Source: Mytilus californianus (taxonomy: Eukaryota). From it: DNA of 64,000 nucleotides. Every line of letters begins with the position of its first letter. Positions within the stretch are counted from its first letter, which is position 1. The translations under genes and the position numbers were made by a program. The notes under the pieces are model-generated. The model was not told where the DNA came from. It saw only the letters and a program-made list of their open reading frames with translations, and ran no database searches. The DNA lies in contig NW_026262745.1 in assembly GCF_021869535.1 (NCBI RefSeq), positions 22,196,001 through 22,260,000 of the forward strand. The letters run 5' to 3'. Below are positions 63,126-64,000 of the stretch, piece after piece.

Positions 63126-64000
63126 TCAATTGATTTTCATTTCTCTGCTACTTGCAAACGTATTTTGGGGATAAAATCAGGAAAATGGCAAAAATGGTTT
63201 CATATTACTAAAAACCAAATATAAGGTACACGTGAAATAATGAGTCATCACAAGATAGTTGGTGTGTTTGAATACAAACAAAAAATCCTCGAACTACAAC
63301 ACATGTTTACATTTAAAGTGTACACTTCTTACCCGTAATTTTGTATTCGTTTACTCATCCTAATGTGAAAGTCATGAACCTTATTTCATTTATTCATATA
63401 CAAGAAAAAAGAAAAGTGGAGCACATCGTTCATTGACACACACATTTCAGATTTCTGCTAAAAACACTTGACGGCATATTTAGTAGTTTTTTTTAAATAA
63501 TTTTTTACAAAAAATAATGTGTATGTGTCATCTAAAGTAATTAATCTTCAACCTCTGAAAATTTCTAGTCTGTCCACGAAATATTTTGATAGAAAAATAA
63601 AGGCAACAGTAGTATACCGCTGTTCAATAGTCATAATTCGATAAAGCGAAAACTAATCTGGGTAACAAACTAAAACCGAGGGAAACACATCAACTATAAG
63701 AGGAAAACAACGGCACAACAGAAACACTGAACTGCAACAAAAGCAAACACCAACATACATAGAAACGGACTGTTTGATAACAACTGCCATATTCCTGACT
63801 TGTTACAGAAAAATAATCGTGGGTTGAACCTGTTTTTATGACTAGCCAAACTCCCGCTTATTTTGCAATGTTAAAAATACAGTTAAAATGGCATGTCTTA
63901 TCTAACTTTCGAAAATTCGCTTAAATTCGAAACGTTCAGCGAAAGGATTAAAATATCAAAACTATATTATGATGCAATGTATATAAATTTGTCGGATTTA

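Overview
AT-rich eukaryotic DNA with spliceosomal introns and dense repeats. The repeat families resemble bivalve, probably Mytilus-type mussel, sequence (inference from recognition, not a search). Two spliced + strand genes were reconstructed by hand with GT-AG sites and consistent phases. (1) The last five coding exons of a PARP14/15-like mono-ADP-ribosyltransferase (KH-like, WWE and H-Y-I ART domain) at 1847-15719; its 5' part lies upstream of the window. (2) A mosaic gene largely missed by the ORF track, encoding a RanBP2/NZF-type zinc finger, a linker and two SH3 domains joined by phase-1 introns (45469-58719); it probably continues downstream. The rest is mobile DNA: Penelope-like relics (one with an N-terminal GIY-YIG, Naiad-type), CR1/L2-type LINE fragments, Helentron-type HINE/pearl elements, tRNA-headed SINE-like elements, a 2.0-kb non-autonomous CACTA element with a TTA target duplication, long hairpin elements and a 40-bp minisatellite. 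The most notable non-coding signal is an intact minimal type I hammerhead ribozyme in a 539-bp tandem unit (retrozyme/pLTR-like), sense-oriented in a PARP intron, plus degenerate hammerheads, one sitting just upstream of a tRNA-like head. No CRISPR, rRNA or true tRNA gene was found.
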